Of a stretch of 57,216 nt of DNA, positions 1 through 8,740 are shown one piece after another. Location of the stretch: IMG/VR virus record IMGVR_UViG_3300009194_000013, positions 1-57,216 of that record; one strand, given 5' to 3'. The DNA is from a virus. Taxonomy: Duplodnaviria; Caudoviricetes. Numbering within the stretch: position 1 is the stretch's first letter; each line of letters starts with the position of its first letter. A model generated the notes under the pieces. The model saw only the letters and a program-made list of their open reading frames with translations. It made no database searches and had not been told where the DNA came from. The translations under genes were made by a program, and so were the position numbers.

Positions 1-123
1 CTGCATCACTGCATCACTGCATCACTGCATCACTGCATCACTGCATCACTGCATCACTGCATCACTGCATCACTGCATCACTGCATCACTGCATCACTGC
101 ATCACTGCATCACTGCATCACTG
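1..123. repeat. Perfect tandem array (CTGCATCA)x15 + CTG, left end
   Basis: Read directly; the contig begins inside the array. Confidence 0.99.
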
Positions 124-357
124 GACATACATACGTGACGCTATGCACACGATCAGCTAGAGGCGCGACAACGGTCAATCAAATGGTGTGGATACCCTAT
201 CGGGGGCCCCTAGCGTTTCCCGTAACGTGCGGGGACGAAGAAGCCCGACCTTCGCGAGTTTTTGAGTTTTTAAGTTTGAATAAACAATGTTGCGTTTGTA
301 GGTTAGGGTATCTACTACTGAGTTAAACTGATTCTCAGCATTAAATTGTGCGACTGT

Positions 358-386
358 TGGACTTCATTTCGCACTCGCGTAATAAT
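358..386 (+). promoter_or_regulatory. Putative sigma70 promoter of terS (TGGACT-17-AATAAT), operator in spacer
   Basis: 17-bp spacing; ATG at 394 lies close to the predicted start site (possibly leaderless); TTCGCACTCGCGTA at 368-381. Confidence 0.5.
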
Positions 387-393
387 CCTCACC

Positions 394-852
394 ATGAACA
401 AAACCATTGATGAATTCTTTGCCGACGCAACGCTGATAAAGACGTCAGTTGGTCGAGGTGGAGCCCGCCCCAACACTGGCCCAAAGCGTGGCCATAAGAG
501 CGCAACCTCAAATACACCTGAAGGCGAGCTAACGGACTATCAGCGACTTGAACGAGCAAAAGCCGACAAAGAAGAACAGCAAGCTCGCTCAGCTAAGGTC
601 AAAGCTGACCTCGACGAAGGTTCAGTCGTTTACCGTGACGCAGTTGAAAGCGCTGCCGCCCAGGCATTTGCAGCATGTAGTCAATCAATGGACGCAATAC
701 CCGACGCACTTGAGCGTGACGGTATTGACCCGGACATTTGCATAAAGGTCGGCGAGATCATCAACACGGCAAAAATGCAGTTGATGAAAGACCTTGAGAA
801 GACCTATACGCAAGCTAAGGCCGAAGAAGCTGAAGCGGATGAAAATGATTGA
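394..852 (+). CDS. terS: Terminase small subunit (DUF1441/Nu1-like)
   Basis: Overlaps terL start; helical protein with ...AFAACSQSMDAIPDALER segment typical of lambda-type small subunits. Confidence 0.75.
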   Translation: MNKTIDEFFADATLIKTSVGRGGARPNTGPKRGHKSATSNTPEGELTDYQRLERAKADKEEQQARSAKVKADLDEGSVVYRDAVESAAAQAFAACSQSMDAIPDALERDGIDPDICIKVGEIINTAKMQLMKDLEKTYTQAKAEEAEADEND

Positions 853-2986
853 ACACGAAAGTCGAGCTATCGCGGGCGTATTCAGCCCATACCTGGCGTT
901 TCAACCAGCCCGCAAAATATCAGTATCGCAAGGCGCAGCCGACAACCTGATATTCAAGCAGCCTGGCATGATTCCGACGAAATGGTCGGCTGAGTTAACA
1001 CCGTACATGGTCGAGCCAATGGATATGCTCGCCAGTCGACGACATGAGGGTGTTGCATTTGCAGGCCCTGCCCGCACAGGTAAGACAGGTGGTCTTCTGC
1101 TCGGGTGGTTAGCTCACAATGTCGTAAACGATCCAGGCGACATGCTGTTCATTCAGATGACCCAGGACAAGGCTCGTGAGTTTTCAAAGACAGATATTGC
1201 GCGTGCCCTTACTCATTCCCCTAAGCTACACGCGCTCATGGGTCGCACGCAAGACGACAACACGCACGACAAGATGTTCAAGCACGGTATGTGGTTGCGC
1301 ATCGGCTGGCCAACCGGCCCAAACGTGGCGGGCTCGTCGTATCGCTACGCAGCCATTACCGACCTAGACCGCATGGAGAATGCGGAAAACGTCAACGGGG
1401 AAGGCCCATTATTCAAACTGGTGCTGAAACGAACCGCAACTTTTATGTCACGGGGCATGTGCCTGGTCGAGTCAAGCCCAGGTATACAACTAACTGACCC
1501 ACACTGGCGCCCAGCCACGCCGCATGAAGCCCCGCCAGTCACAGGTGTGCTCGGGGTGTACAACCAAAGTGACCGAAGACGCTGGTATTGGAAGTGTTGG
1601 CATTGCTCTGAGCGATTTGAAGCTGAACCGGGGCTGAGATTGTTTGGTCTACCCGGTGACGAAGAGTTGCTTGAGATAGTTCGTGAAGCCGATCTTGAAG
1701 AGATCGCAACGCAATACAACCGAGTTATCTGCCCTCACTGCAATGGGCCGATGGTGCCACGCCAGCGAAAGCAGTTGAATGCTGAAGGCGTATGGCTACA
1801 AGATGGTCTGCGAATGGATAAGTATGGCGACGTTCACGGAAAGGCGATTGAAAGCTCTATCGCAGGCTACTGGCTTGGCGGTGTAGCTGCGGCGTATCAA
1901 TCATGGCGCTCGCTGGTGCTTCGCTACTTGCAGGGGCTACGTGACTACTCGCTGACGGACAGCGAAGAAACGCTGAAGACCACGGTCAACACCGACCAGG
2001 GCATGCCGTACATGAGTCGACTGCTAAACGACGCGAAGAAAAACGCTCAAGACCCGTCGTCTCGTGCTGAGAAAGACTTGTTGCGTTACATCGTTCCGCC
2101 TGAAACAAGGTTTCTGGTCGCAACGGTCGACGTGCAAGGTGGCATGAACTCTCGCTTCGTCGTGCAGGTACATGCAGTCGGCCCAAACCGCGAGAAGTGG
2201 ATTGTTGACCGCTACAGCATCACCTCGTCTAACCGTCAAGGCATGGGGGACGAGTTTGCGCCAATCGACCCAGCCCGTTATGAGGAAGACTGGGACATGA
2301 TTACCGAGAAGGTCGTTCGCGCCACATACAAGACGACAATCGAAGGTAAAGAGCTTCGTATCCGAACAACGGTTGTCGATACGGGTGGTGAAGATGGGGT
2401 GACTGACCGAGCATATGCTTGGTATCGACGTATCGGTAAGCAAGGTCTCGAAAGTCGAGTCATGCTCATCAAAGGTGAGGGGCGCGATCAGAAAGCCAAC
2501 TTCCCATTCATCAAAGAGACGAAGGTCGGTGGTAAGGACGGTAAGCAACACGACATCACGCTATACCTGCTAAACACGAACAAGCTCAAGGATGTGATCG
2601 AGACGGGCATTCGACGCGACGTACCAGGGCCTGGCTACATCCATGTTCCTACATGGTTGCCGCGTGCCTGGTGGGATGAGCTACAGGCCGAAGTGCGCAA
2701 CGAGCGAGGTCTATGGGTTCAGATACGAAAGCGCAACGAAGCGTTCGACTTGCTGGCCTACTGCGAAGCCGCGTGCCTACGTCTTGGTGCAGATCGCTTC
2801 AATTGGCAAGTACCACCCACCTGGGCGCGTCCGCTTGAGACGAACAGCGATTTGATTAGCCGTGATGAGCGACGAGACGAGCAAGAGGATCGGCAGATTG
2901 CGTCTATGCCAATCGCCGAAGCGCGACCAGCCGCATCAAGACGCCCGAAAAGACGCTCAGCATCGTCGAGCTATGTCCGGGGTTGA
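845..2986 (+). CDS. terL: Terminase large subunit, GpA family
   Basis: TPYMVEPMD, Walker A GPARTGKT, CxxC zinc motifs, ATVDVQ, VDTGG, RNEAFDLLAY. Confidence 0.95.
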   Translation: MIEHESRAIAGVFSPYLAFQPARKISVSQGAADNLIFKQPGMIPTKWSAELTPYMVEPMDMLASRRHEGVAFAGPARTGKTGGLLLGWLAHNVVNDPGDMLFIQMTQDKAREFSKTDIARALTHSPKLHALMGRTQDDNTHDKMFKHGMWLRIGWPTGPNVAGSSYRYAAITDLDRMENAENVNGEGPLFKLVLKRTATFMSRGMCLVESSPGIQLTDPHWRPATPHEAPPVTGVLGVYNQSDRRRWYWKCWHCSERFEAEPGLRLFGLPGDEELLEIVREADLEEIATQYNRVICPHCNGPMVPRQRKQLNAEGVWLQDGLRMDKYGDVHGKAIESSIAGYWLGGVAAAYQSWRSLVLRYLQGLRDYSLTDSEETLKTTVNTDQGMPYMSRLLNDAKKNAQDPSSRAEKDLLRYIVPPETRFLVATVDVQGGMNSRFVVQVHAVGPNREKWIVDRYSITSSNRQGMGDEFAPIDPARYEEDWDMITEKVVRATYKTTIEGKELRIRTTVVDTGGEDGVTDRAYAWYRRIGKQGLESRVMLIKGEGRDQKANFPFIKETKVGGKDGKQHDITLYLLNTNKLKDVIETGIRRDVPGPGYIHVPTWLPRAWWDELQAEVRNERGLWVQIRKRNEAFDLLAYCEAACLRLGADRFNWQVPPTWARPLETNSDLISRDERRDEQEDRQIASMPIAEARPAASRRPKRRSASSSYVRG

Positions 2987-3011
2987 CGGAACGTAAAGCA
3001 AGTGCTAAATT
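2983..3011 (+). promoter_or_regulatory. Sigma70 promoter TTGACG-17-TAAATT with extended TG
   Basis: Near-consensus boxes; overlaps operator AAAGCAAGTGCTAA at 2995-3008. Confidence 0.65.
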
Positions 3012-3015
3012 CACA

Positions 3016-3102
3016 TCGCTTTACGTGGAAGTGAGCACCTGGAACCCGAGCCGTAGGGTAAAGCGGCAGGCGAAGGCCCTGAGTCGAAAGTCTCAGGGTC
3101 TT
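3016..3102 (+). ncRNA. Candidate structured small RNA
   Basis: CGCTTTAC (3017-24) pairs with GTAAAGCG (3058-65), then hairpin GGCCCTGAG/CTCAGGGTC (3075-3100); own promoter; no annotated ORF. Confidence 0.45.
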
Positions 3103-3292
3103 AGTCTTTCTGCCGTTGGTAATCCGCATAGGCCACGCTAGCCGCTGCGCGAACCCCCGCCGACAAATTACCCTTGCCGAGCACCTTTAGCATGCGTTCG
3201 GTCATCTCATCAATCGTCACTTGTTTGCGCTTCAAGGTCTCGCCGTTAATCAAAGGCTTTGGGCCGCGCTTTCGAGGGGGTTTCTTTTCCAT
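3101..3292 (-). CDS. Small basic DNA-binding protein (AT-hook-like N-terminus + RHH-like)
   Basis: RKRGPKP, KQVTIDE, GNLSAGVR pattern; only antisense gene in the left arm. Confidence 0.6.
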   Translation of the reverse strand: MEKKPPRKRGPKPLINGETLKRKQVTIDEMTERMLKVLGKGNLSAGVRAAASVAYADYQRQKD

Positions 3293-3332
3293 GCGTAAAT
3301 CATACAGCACTATTTATACGACTTTGGTATCA

Positions 3333-3376
3333 CGCAAATGATCCGCAGCGGTTGACTACATATCGGACTGCATAAT
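3333..3376 (+). promoter_or_regulatory. Late promoter 1: CGCAA-N6-CGCAG-N22-CATAAT
   Basis: Same architecture at 8670 and 13043. Confidence 0.7.
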
Positions 3377-3403
3377 TTGTCACTACTCATTACGGTGTAC
3401 AAA

Positions 3404-3631
3404 ATGGCAGTCACCCAAGCTCAGATAGACGCACTGAACGACCAGATCGCATCAGCCGAGCGTCAAGTCACCAACGGCTCGCAGAGCGTGACGTACCGCT
3501 CCATTCAGGATTTGAAGACGGCTCGCGATGACTTGCAAAAGCAGTTGACCGCTCAGGAAGTTTCGAGCGGTGCCCAAGCTCCGCGCTCCAAACACACCCG
3601 CGTGTACTACGCGGGTCGGGGGTACAAGTAA
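3404..3631 (+). CDS. Head-tail joining protein (gpW-like)
   Basis: SVTYRSIQDL motif; directly precedes portal. Confidence 0.85.
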   Translation: MAVTQAQIDALNDQIASAERQVTNGSQSVTYRSIQDLKTARDDLQKQLTAQEVSSGAQAPRSKHTRVYYAGRGYK

Positions 3632-5310
3632 TGGCGCGAACTCCTGCAAAGCCTGCCAAACCAGCCGCCAAGCCAGTTGCTAGAACGCAGCCGGTGAGTC
3701 GCCGCGCTGTTGCGTCAAAGCCCGCTGCGAAGACCTCAGTCAAGCCAGCGGCAAAGACAACAAGCAGGACCAAGGTAGCTGCCGCCATAGGTACGACGTT
3801 AGGTACGGTGGTCAATCAGTACGACGCTGGTGGCCAGGGTCGCCGAGTGAAGGGCTGGAAGGCTCCAAACAGCGGCCCAAACGCAGCGATCAAAGGTCTT
3901 CAGACCATTCGCAACCGCTCTCGCGATGCGGTTCGCAACGACTGGACAAACGCGTCAACCCTTCAGCACTGGACGACCAATCTGATCGGCACAGGCATCG
4001 TGCCTCGTGTCGACAAGATTGAAAGCGAAAGCCAGCGCGAAGTCGTTGAGTTGCTTTGGGACGACTGGTGCAAAGTCTGCGATGCAGACAGCTTGCTCAA
4101 CTTTTATGGCCTGCAAACGCTGGCAACCCGTGCATGGCTTGAGTCGGGTGAGTGCTTTGTACGCATTCGTCCGCGTCGTATCGACGGTGGCATGGAAGTG
4201 CCGATGCAGATTCAACTGCTCGAAGCCGACATGGTGCCCATGCTCGATGCCGACACCTGGCCACGCATGCCAAGCGGCAACAAGATTCGCAGCGGCATCG
4301 AGTTGAATCGCTCAAACCAGAAAGTCGCCTACTGGGTCTACAAAGAGCATCCAGGCGACAAGCCTTGTAGTCCGAGCGCGGATCAATTGGTTCGTATCGC
4401 CAAGAGCCAGATGCTTCACATCATGGAGCCAAAGCGCATCGGTCAATTGCGCGGCGTACCTGACTTCGCGCCCGTGCTTGTGCGCGTTCGCAATACGCTC
4501 GATGTCGATGACGCCGTGATTGAACGCTACAAGATCGCCAACTTGTTTGCAGCATTCATCAAGCAAGACAGCTTGCCAGGTTTTAACGACGGCACCGATC
4601 CAGTCACAGGTAAGGCAATCGAAGCCGAAGAAGATGGCGATCCAATGGTTGGCCTTGAGCCCGGCATCGTTCACAAGCTGATCCCAGGTGAGTCGATGGA
4701 GTTTGCAAACCCGCCTGAAGCGGGTACGACTTATTCGGAGTTCATTCGAGGTCAACACATCGGCTCCACAGCGGGCGTCGGCATGCCTTACGAACTCGCA
4801 TCTGGCGACATTCGCGAGATTCAAGATCGCACGCTGCGCATCATCATCAACGAGTTCCGTCGTTACGCCGAGCAGCGTCAGTGGCAGATCATCATCCCTC
4901 AGATGTGTCAGCCGGTGCGCGAAGCGTGGGTCGACATGGCAACGATTGTCGGCAAGATCGGCTTCAGTCTCGCTGACAACTGCAAACGCGTTCAATGGGC
5001 GCCCCAAGGCTGGGCATACATTCACCCGACGCAAGACGTTGAAGCCAAGACCAAGGAAGTCGAGGCAGGCTTTCGCTCTCGCGACTCGGTTATCGCTGAG
5101 CGTGGTGACGATCCGAACACGGTCGACAAGGAGCGTGCGGCATCGAAGAAGCGTGCGAAGCGACTCGGGCTTGACAACGAGCAGGTTAAAACAAAGCCAG
5201 CGCAACCCAATCCGAACCAACCGAAACCCGATCCAGAAGCGCTGCTTGAGCAAATGCTCAACTTGCTCGCTGCTATCAAGAACCACGCCGAATCAACCGG
5301 CGCAATTTAA
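3631..5310 (+). CDS. Portal protein, lambda family
   Basis: RNRSRDAVRND, QLLEAD, SGIE, GQLRGVP, GMPYELASGD; K/A/P-rich N-terminal extension. Confidence 0.93.
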   Translation: MARTPAKPAKPAAKPVARTQPVSRRAVASKPAAKTSVKPAAKTTSRTKVAAAIGTTLGTVVNQYDAGGQGRRVKGWKAPNSGPNAAIKGLQTIRNRSRDAVRNDWTNASTLQHWTTNLIGTGIVPRVDKIESESQREVVELLWDDWCKVCDADSLLNFYGLQTLATRAWLESGECFVRIRPRRIDGGMEVPMQIQLLEADMVPMLDADTWPRMPSGNKIRSGIELNRSNQKVAYWVYKEHPGDKPCSPSADQLVRIAKSQMLHIMEPKRIGQLRGVPDFAPVLVRVRNTLDVDDAVIERYKIANLFAAFIKQDSLPGFNDGTDPVTGKAIEAEEDGDPMVGLEPGIVHKLIPGESMEFANPPEAGTTYSEFIRGQHIGSTAGVGMPYELASGDIREIQDRTLRIIINEFRRYAEQRQWQIIIPQMCQPVREAWVDMATIVGKIGFSLADNCKRVQWAPQGWAYIHPTQDVEAKTKEVEAGFRSRDSVIAERGDDPNTVDKERAASKKRAKRLGLDNEQVKTKPAQPNPNQPKPDPEALLEQMLNLLAAIKNHAESTGAI

Positions 5311-5328
5311 GACTGAAAGGAAATTATC

Positions 5329-6795
5329 ATGTCTTTCGTTATTCGACTGTTGACTGAATCCGGCATGAGCCACGAGGGCGCCGTCGCACTGAGCGAGCGT
5401 CTTTTACACACTGACGACAAGCGAGTCGTACCAGCAGGCTACGCTCTCAATGCGCTGACTGAAGCTATACGCGGCTTCGTTCCTGCGGGAGTGAAATTTG
5501 CATTGGCAGGCGATTCGCGTTTTTATCAAGCGGCTCAAGGCGGCAGGGACCAGCAGATTTGGTTATACAACCTGAACATGTTGCTTGGCGGGTGTATCAA
5601 TATCCGTCAGCACTTGGCTGCTGGTGGGGCGTGGATGACAAACTCACTGACGGAGCAATTTGCATTTGCTCGCTCTGACATCGGTGGTTTCATCACTGAC
5701 TTCGGTATCAATGACATCATTCTGTCTCGTCGAAACCTTGCTGAGCTGAAGGCGTACCACATCCAAATCATGAACTGGATGCGAGCCAGGGGGGCTTACT
5801 GGATTGACACAACAACAACAACGGCGCAATCTCTGACACTCGCAGAACGCAACGTACTTGCGGCATTCAACACTTGGCGCCTGACGAACGATCACGGCTA
5901 CGCGAAGTACAAGTGCATTGATATTGCCCGGTACACAAACAAGCCAGATTTGTCCAACATTCGAGACACCTGGCACGACGACAATTTGCATCTGAACCTT
6001 TTTGGCTCTTGGTCGCTTGCTTATTCGGTTGTAGATGATTTTTCTGGTGTTTTCGCCCCAGTTGGTAAGAATCTTCCCGCGCTACAAATGCTCCCAAATC
6101 CCGACCTGCTTGGGTTTTCATCAGGGGCATATGGGCCGCAGCCAGCGGGTTGCGCTGTTGAGCCAGATGGCGGGGCGACCATTGTTTCATCACTCAGCTA
6201 CGACTACAACCCAAACGGGTCATGGAAGATTGTCGTTACAGGCACGACTGCATCAAGTCTTGCGTACATTGCGATGGGTCGGCTCGCTATTCTCCCCTGG
6301 GTCGCATCGCGGTTCTTGCAAGCAGGTAACTGCATCAAGCCTACCGTCGCCAACGGGGTTATCTATCAAGCATTGAGCGAAGGCTCTTTGGCATCTGGCA
6401 GCGACCCAACTGCGACCTGGCCAACCACACTTGGCACGCTATTCCAGGCGGGCAGTGTTGTGCTGCGCCCCGTGCCCGAGGTGTCATTCCAGACTCACGA
6501 CCTTGATGTGCGTGCGGACCTGGCTTATGTCAAGTCGAGCGCTCTCGGGGCTGTCGACATCCTCAACTTCGGGTTTGATGCTGCCGGTGGCTTTCAATTC
6601 GGCACATCGTCGCCAACTTTCGGCGCATCGCCAAGCACACCCCTGCGAGGCCCTGGTATGCGTGTTGGTACAGGTGGGATACCTGTGCAGCCAACTACGG
6701 CAAGCATTAACCCGCAGCTTCGGATTCATGCTCCCGCTGGAGAAACAACTACTGTGTACATCGACCGCATCGCGGGCACGCTGACAGAGCGTTGA
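5329..6795 (+). CDS. SGNH/GDSL hydrolase-domain protein with beta-rich C-terminus
   Basis: LAGDS, FGIND and DNLH blocks. Confidence 0.7.
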   Translation: MSFVIRLLTESGMSHEGAVALSERLLHTDDKRVVPAGYALNALTEAIRGFVPAGVKFALAGDSRFYQAAQGGRDQQIWLYNLNMLLGGCINIRQHLAAGGAWMTNSLTEQFAFARSDIGGFITDFGINDIILSRRNLAELKAYHIQIMNWMRARGAYWIDTTTTTAQSLTLAERNVLAAFNTWRLTNDHGYAKYKCIDIARYTNKPDLSNIRDTWHDDNLHLNLFGSWSLAYSVVDDFSGVFAPVGKNLPALQMLPNPDLLGFSSGAYGPQPAGCAVEPDGGATIVSSLSYDYNPNGSWKIVVTGTTASSLAYIAMGRLAILPWVASRFLQAGNCIKPTVANGVIYQALSEGSLASGSDPTATWPTTLGTLFQAGSVVLRPVPEVSFQTHDLDVRADLAYVKSSALGAVDILNFGFDAAGGFQFGTSSPTFGASPSTPLRGPGMRVGTGGIPVQPTTASINPQLRIHAPAGETTTVYIDRIAGTLTER

Positions 6796-6827
6796 TTCGG
6801 CCATTTAACCATTAGGAGAAATTCACC

Positions 6828-7052
6828 ATGAGTAGTTTCAAGTTTGAAGAGGGGCAGTCAGTACAGGTTACTGAGACTGGCGGCAGAGGGCGTGTCATAG
6901 GTCGGCGGGCGTTCCCCGGCTCGGCGTCTGCGTACCTCATTCGACTCAACGAACCGCAAGAGGCTGTGTCAGGCGAGACATGGGGACGTGAGACCACCCC
7001 CAATGATGTTTGGTTGGGTGAAGGCTTGATTCGCGTTGCGCCAACCAACTAA
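6828..7052 (+). CDS. Hypothetical protein (SH3/KOW-like)
   Basis: AGGAG RBS; FKFEEGQSVQV...GRGRVIG. Confidence 0.6.
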   Translation: MSSFKFEEGQSVQVTETGGRGRVIGRRAFPGSASAYLIRLNEPQEAVSGETWGRETTPNDVWLGEGLIRVAPTN

Positions 7053-7082
7053 CCCAACCTCGTAACATATAGGAGATTCAGC

Positions 7083-7526
7083 ATGCAAACACTTATTCAC
7101 GGTCTCGGTAGCGATAACAAGATGACGCCAATTCCTTCAGACCCAACGGGCGGTCTGAAAGTCATTGCAGGTGCTGTCCGCAGCGTAAGCTCTGCGACAA
7201 TTGCAAATGGCGCTTCTGTCAGTTCGGTAATTGACTTGAATCAGACGGCCCTCATCGGCTTTCTGATGCCAGCGGCATGGACGTCGGCTGCGTTGAATAT
7301 TGAAGTAAGTTCAAACAACGCGGATTGGAATGTAGTCGGCGTTTACAACTCCGATCAATCAGTCGCAAGCACCTGGGCAAGTCCTGTAGTTGGGGGCGCC
7401 TATTCGGTCGACGTGATGGCCCTTTTACCCTGGCGTTACATTCGCTTCCGATCTGGCACGTCAGGCTCGCCGATCAATCAAGGCGCGGCTCGCGCTATCA
7501 ACGTCATCACGCGAGCACTAACATGA
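7083..7526 (+). CDS. Hypothetical beta-sandwich virion-associated protein
   Basis: AGGAG RBS; TIANGASVS...MPAAWTSA...RYIRFRSG. Confidence 0.6.
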   Translation: MQTLIHGLGSDNKMTPIPSDPTGGLKVIAGAVRSVSSATIANGASVSSVIDLNQTALIGFLMPAAWTSAALNIEVSSNNADWNVVGVYNSDQSVASTWASPVVGGAYSVDVMALLPWRYIRFRSGTSGSPINQGAARAINVITRALT

Positions 7527-8323
7527 GCCTTATGACGCTATGTAATAGAAGCCCACAGCGGCGCCGCATAGCTGCTGGCTTTGCAGTCCTTCGCCGCTTG
7601 GGCGCGGATGCACACTTGTATCTACCCGGTATCGGCTATCTCAATGGTGTCGATGCGGGTAACTATGCGGACGCCACAGCAACGCTGGCGTCTGTGGACG
7701 GCCCGGTTGGGCGGGTAGTTGATCCATTCGGCGGCATCACGGCAAACAACACGACTACAGCGCAAAAGCCGATATTGAGGCTCGATGCGTCAGGACGCTA
7801 CACATGGCAGTTTGACGGCACGGATGATCGGCTGACTTTGGCATCAATGCCGATCCAGATGGCTGACGATTTCGTGATGCTCAGTGTGTTTTCAGCCACT
7901 TCAGCTACATCGGCTTCGGGCAGAGTTTTGGCTGCGGCAGGACATTCGGTTGACAGCCTTGCGCTTGCTCGGCTCAGCGTCCTAAATACAGGACTGCTTG
8001 AAATGTTGTGGCGAGACTCGGGTGGCGTTGTTCAGCGTGTCACGTCATCGGCTTCTGTGGTGGCAGGTACGACATACGTGACCTGCGGGCGCAAGTCCGG
8101 GGCTAACAAAACGCTTCGAGTAAACAGTGTTTTACAGGGCACGAACACAGGCTCGCTAGCCTCCACCACTTTTAACAATTACTTACTCGGGTCGCGCAGC
8201 TATGGTGGCGAGTTTTTTGACGGAAAAATGGCCAGCCATGTTATTTGTCGCGGAAACTTATCTGATACTGAATTGGTAACGCTCGAAAGAGCCTTTGCTG
8301 CGTGCGCGGGGTTAGTGATATGA
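7523..8323 (+). CDS. LamG/concanavalin-like domain protein
   Basis: QFDGTDD, LGSR..FFDGKM, LSDTE; ATGA overlap. Confidence 0.65.
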   Translation: MSLMTLCNRSPQRRRIAAGFAVLRRLGADAHLYLPGIGYLNGVDAGNYADATATLASVDGPVGRVVDPFGGITANNTTTAQKPILRLDASGRYTWQFDGTDDRLTLASMPIQMADDFVMLSVFSATSATSASGRVLAAAGHSVDSLALARLSVLNTGLLEMLWRDSGGVVQRVTSSASVVAGTTYVTCGRKSGANKTLRVNSVLQGTNTGSLASTTFNNYLLGSRSYGGEFFDGKMASHVICRGNLSDTELVTLERAFAACAGLVI

Positions 8324-8658
8324 CGATATACGACGCACACATAACCATCACGGTGCCCGCCTCGCTCGCCAGTGTTGCGGCGATGGTTGGCCGGGCTATG
8401 GACCCTGACACGGGCGGGTCTGAATCCTTTGCTCGTGATGTTGTTGATTACGTGGAGGGTGAGCCCGTATACGCTGACACAATCACTTGCAGCACGGTAT
8501 GCCGTTCGGCGTTCAAAGACCGCGCCAGGGTAATGCTGGCCGACCCGTCCGTCCTGTATTACGCATGCGCGCAGGACTACGCACAGCGCTGGCCCACCCT
8601 GACGCCTCCAACCCTTGAGCAGTGTGCTGCTTTTGTCGCAGCCGCAACGCTTACTTAA
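8320..8658 (+). CDS. Hypothetical protein
   Basis: ATGA overlap with upstream gene. Confidence 0.6.
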   Translation: MTIYDAHITITVPASLASVAAMVGRAMDPDTGGSESFARDVVDYVEGEPVYADTITCSTVCRSAFKDRARVMLADPSVLYYACAQDYAQRWPTLTPPTLEQCAAFVAAATLT

Positions 8659-8669
8659 CAACACCATCG

Positions 8670-8713
8670 CGCAAAAGGAGCGCAGCATCATGAACCTATT
8701 TGATTCGCATAAT
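8670..8713 (+). promoter_or_regulatory. Late promoter 2: CGCAA-N6-CGCAG-N22-CATAAT
   Basis: Identical spacing to the 3333 and 13043 copies. Confidence 0.7.
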
Positions 8714-8740
8714 TCGTCGCATTTGGGAAAGGACGAAGGT

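Noticed and set aside
1-123. Terminal array as a CRISPR array or eukaryote-type telomere (TTAGGG occurs at 303 and, on the - strand, near 57089)
   Set aside because: No spacers; the arrays are in direct rather than inverted orientation; TTAGGG is single-copy and part of a longer motif; no telomerase or protelomerase recognised
135-326. 63-aa ORF next to the left array
   Set aside because: GTG start without a clear RBS; overlaps the probable cos/regulatory region; no motif
3016-3102. tRNA
   Set aside because: No T-loop (TTCGA) in the right position and no cloverleaf with an anticodon arm; kept as a generic ncRNA candidate
4312-5286. Long antisense ORFs (also 10577-11380, 13609-14415, 21415-22233, 41761-42702)
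   Set aside because: They shadow well-supported genes on the opposite strand, as expected from codon bias, and show no motifs
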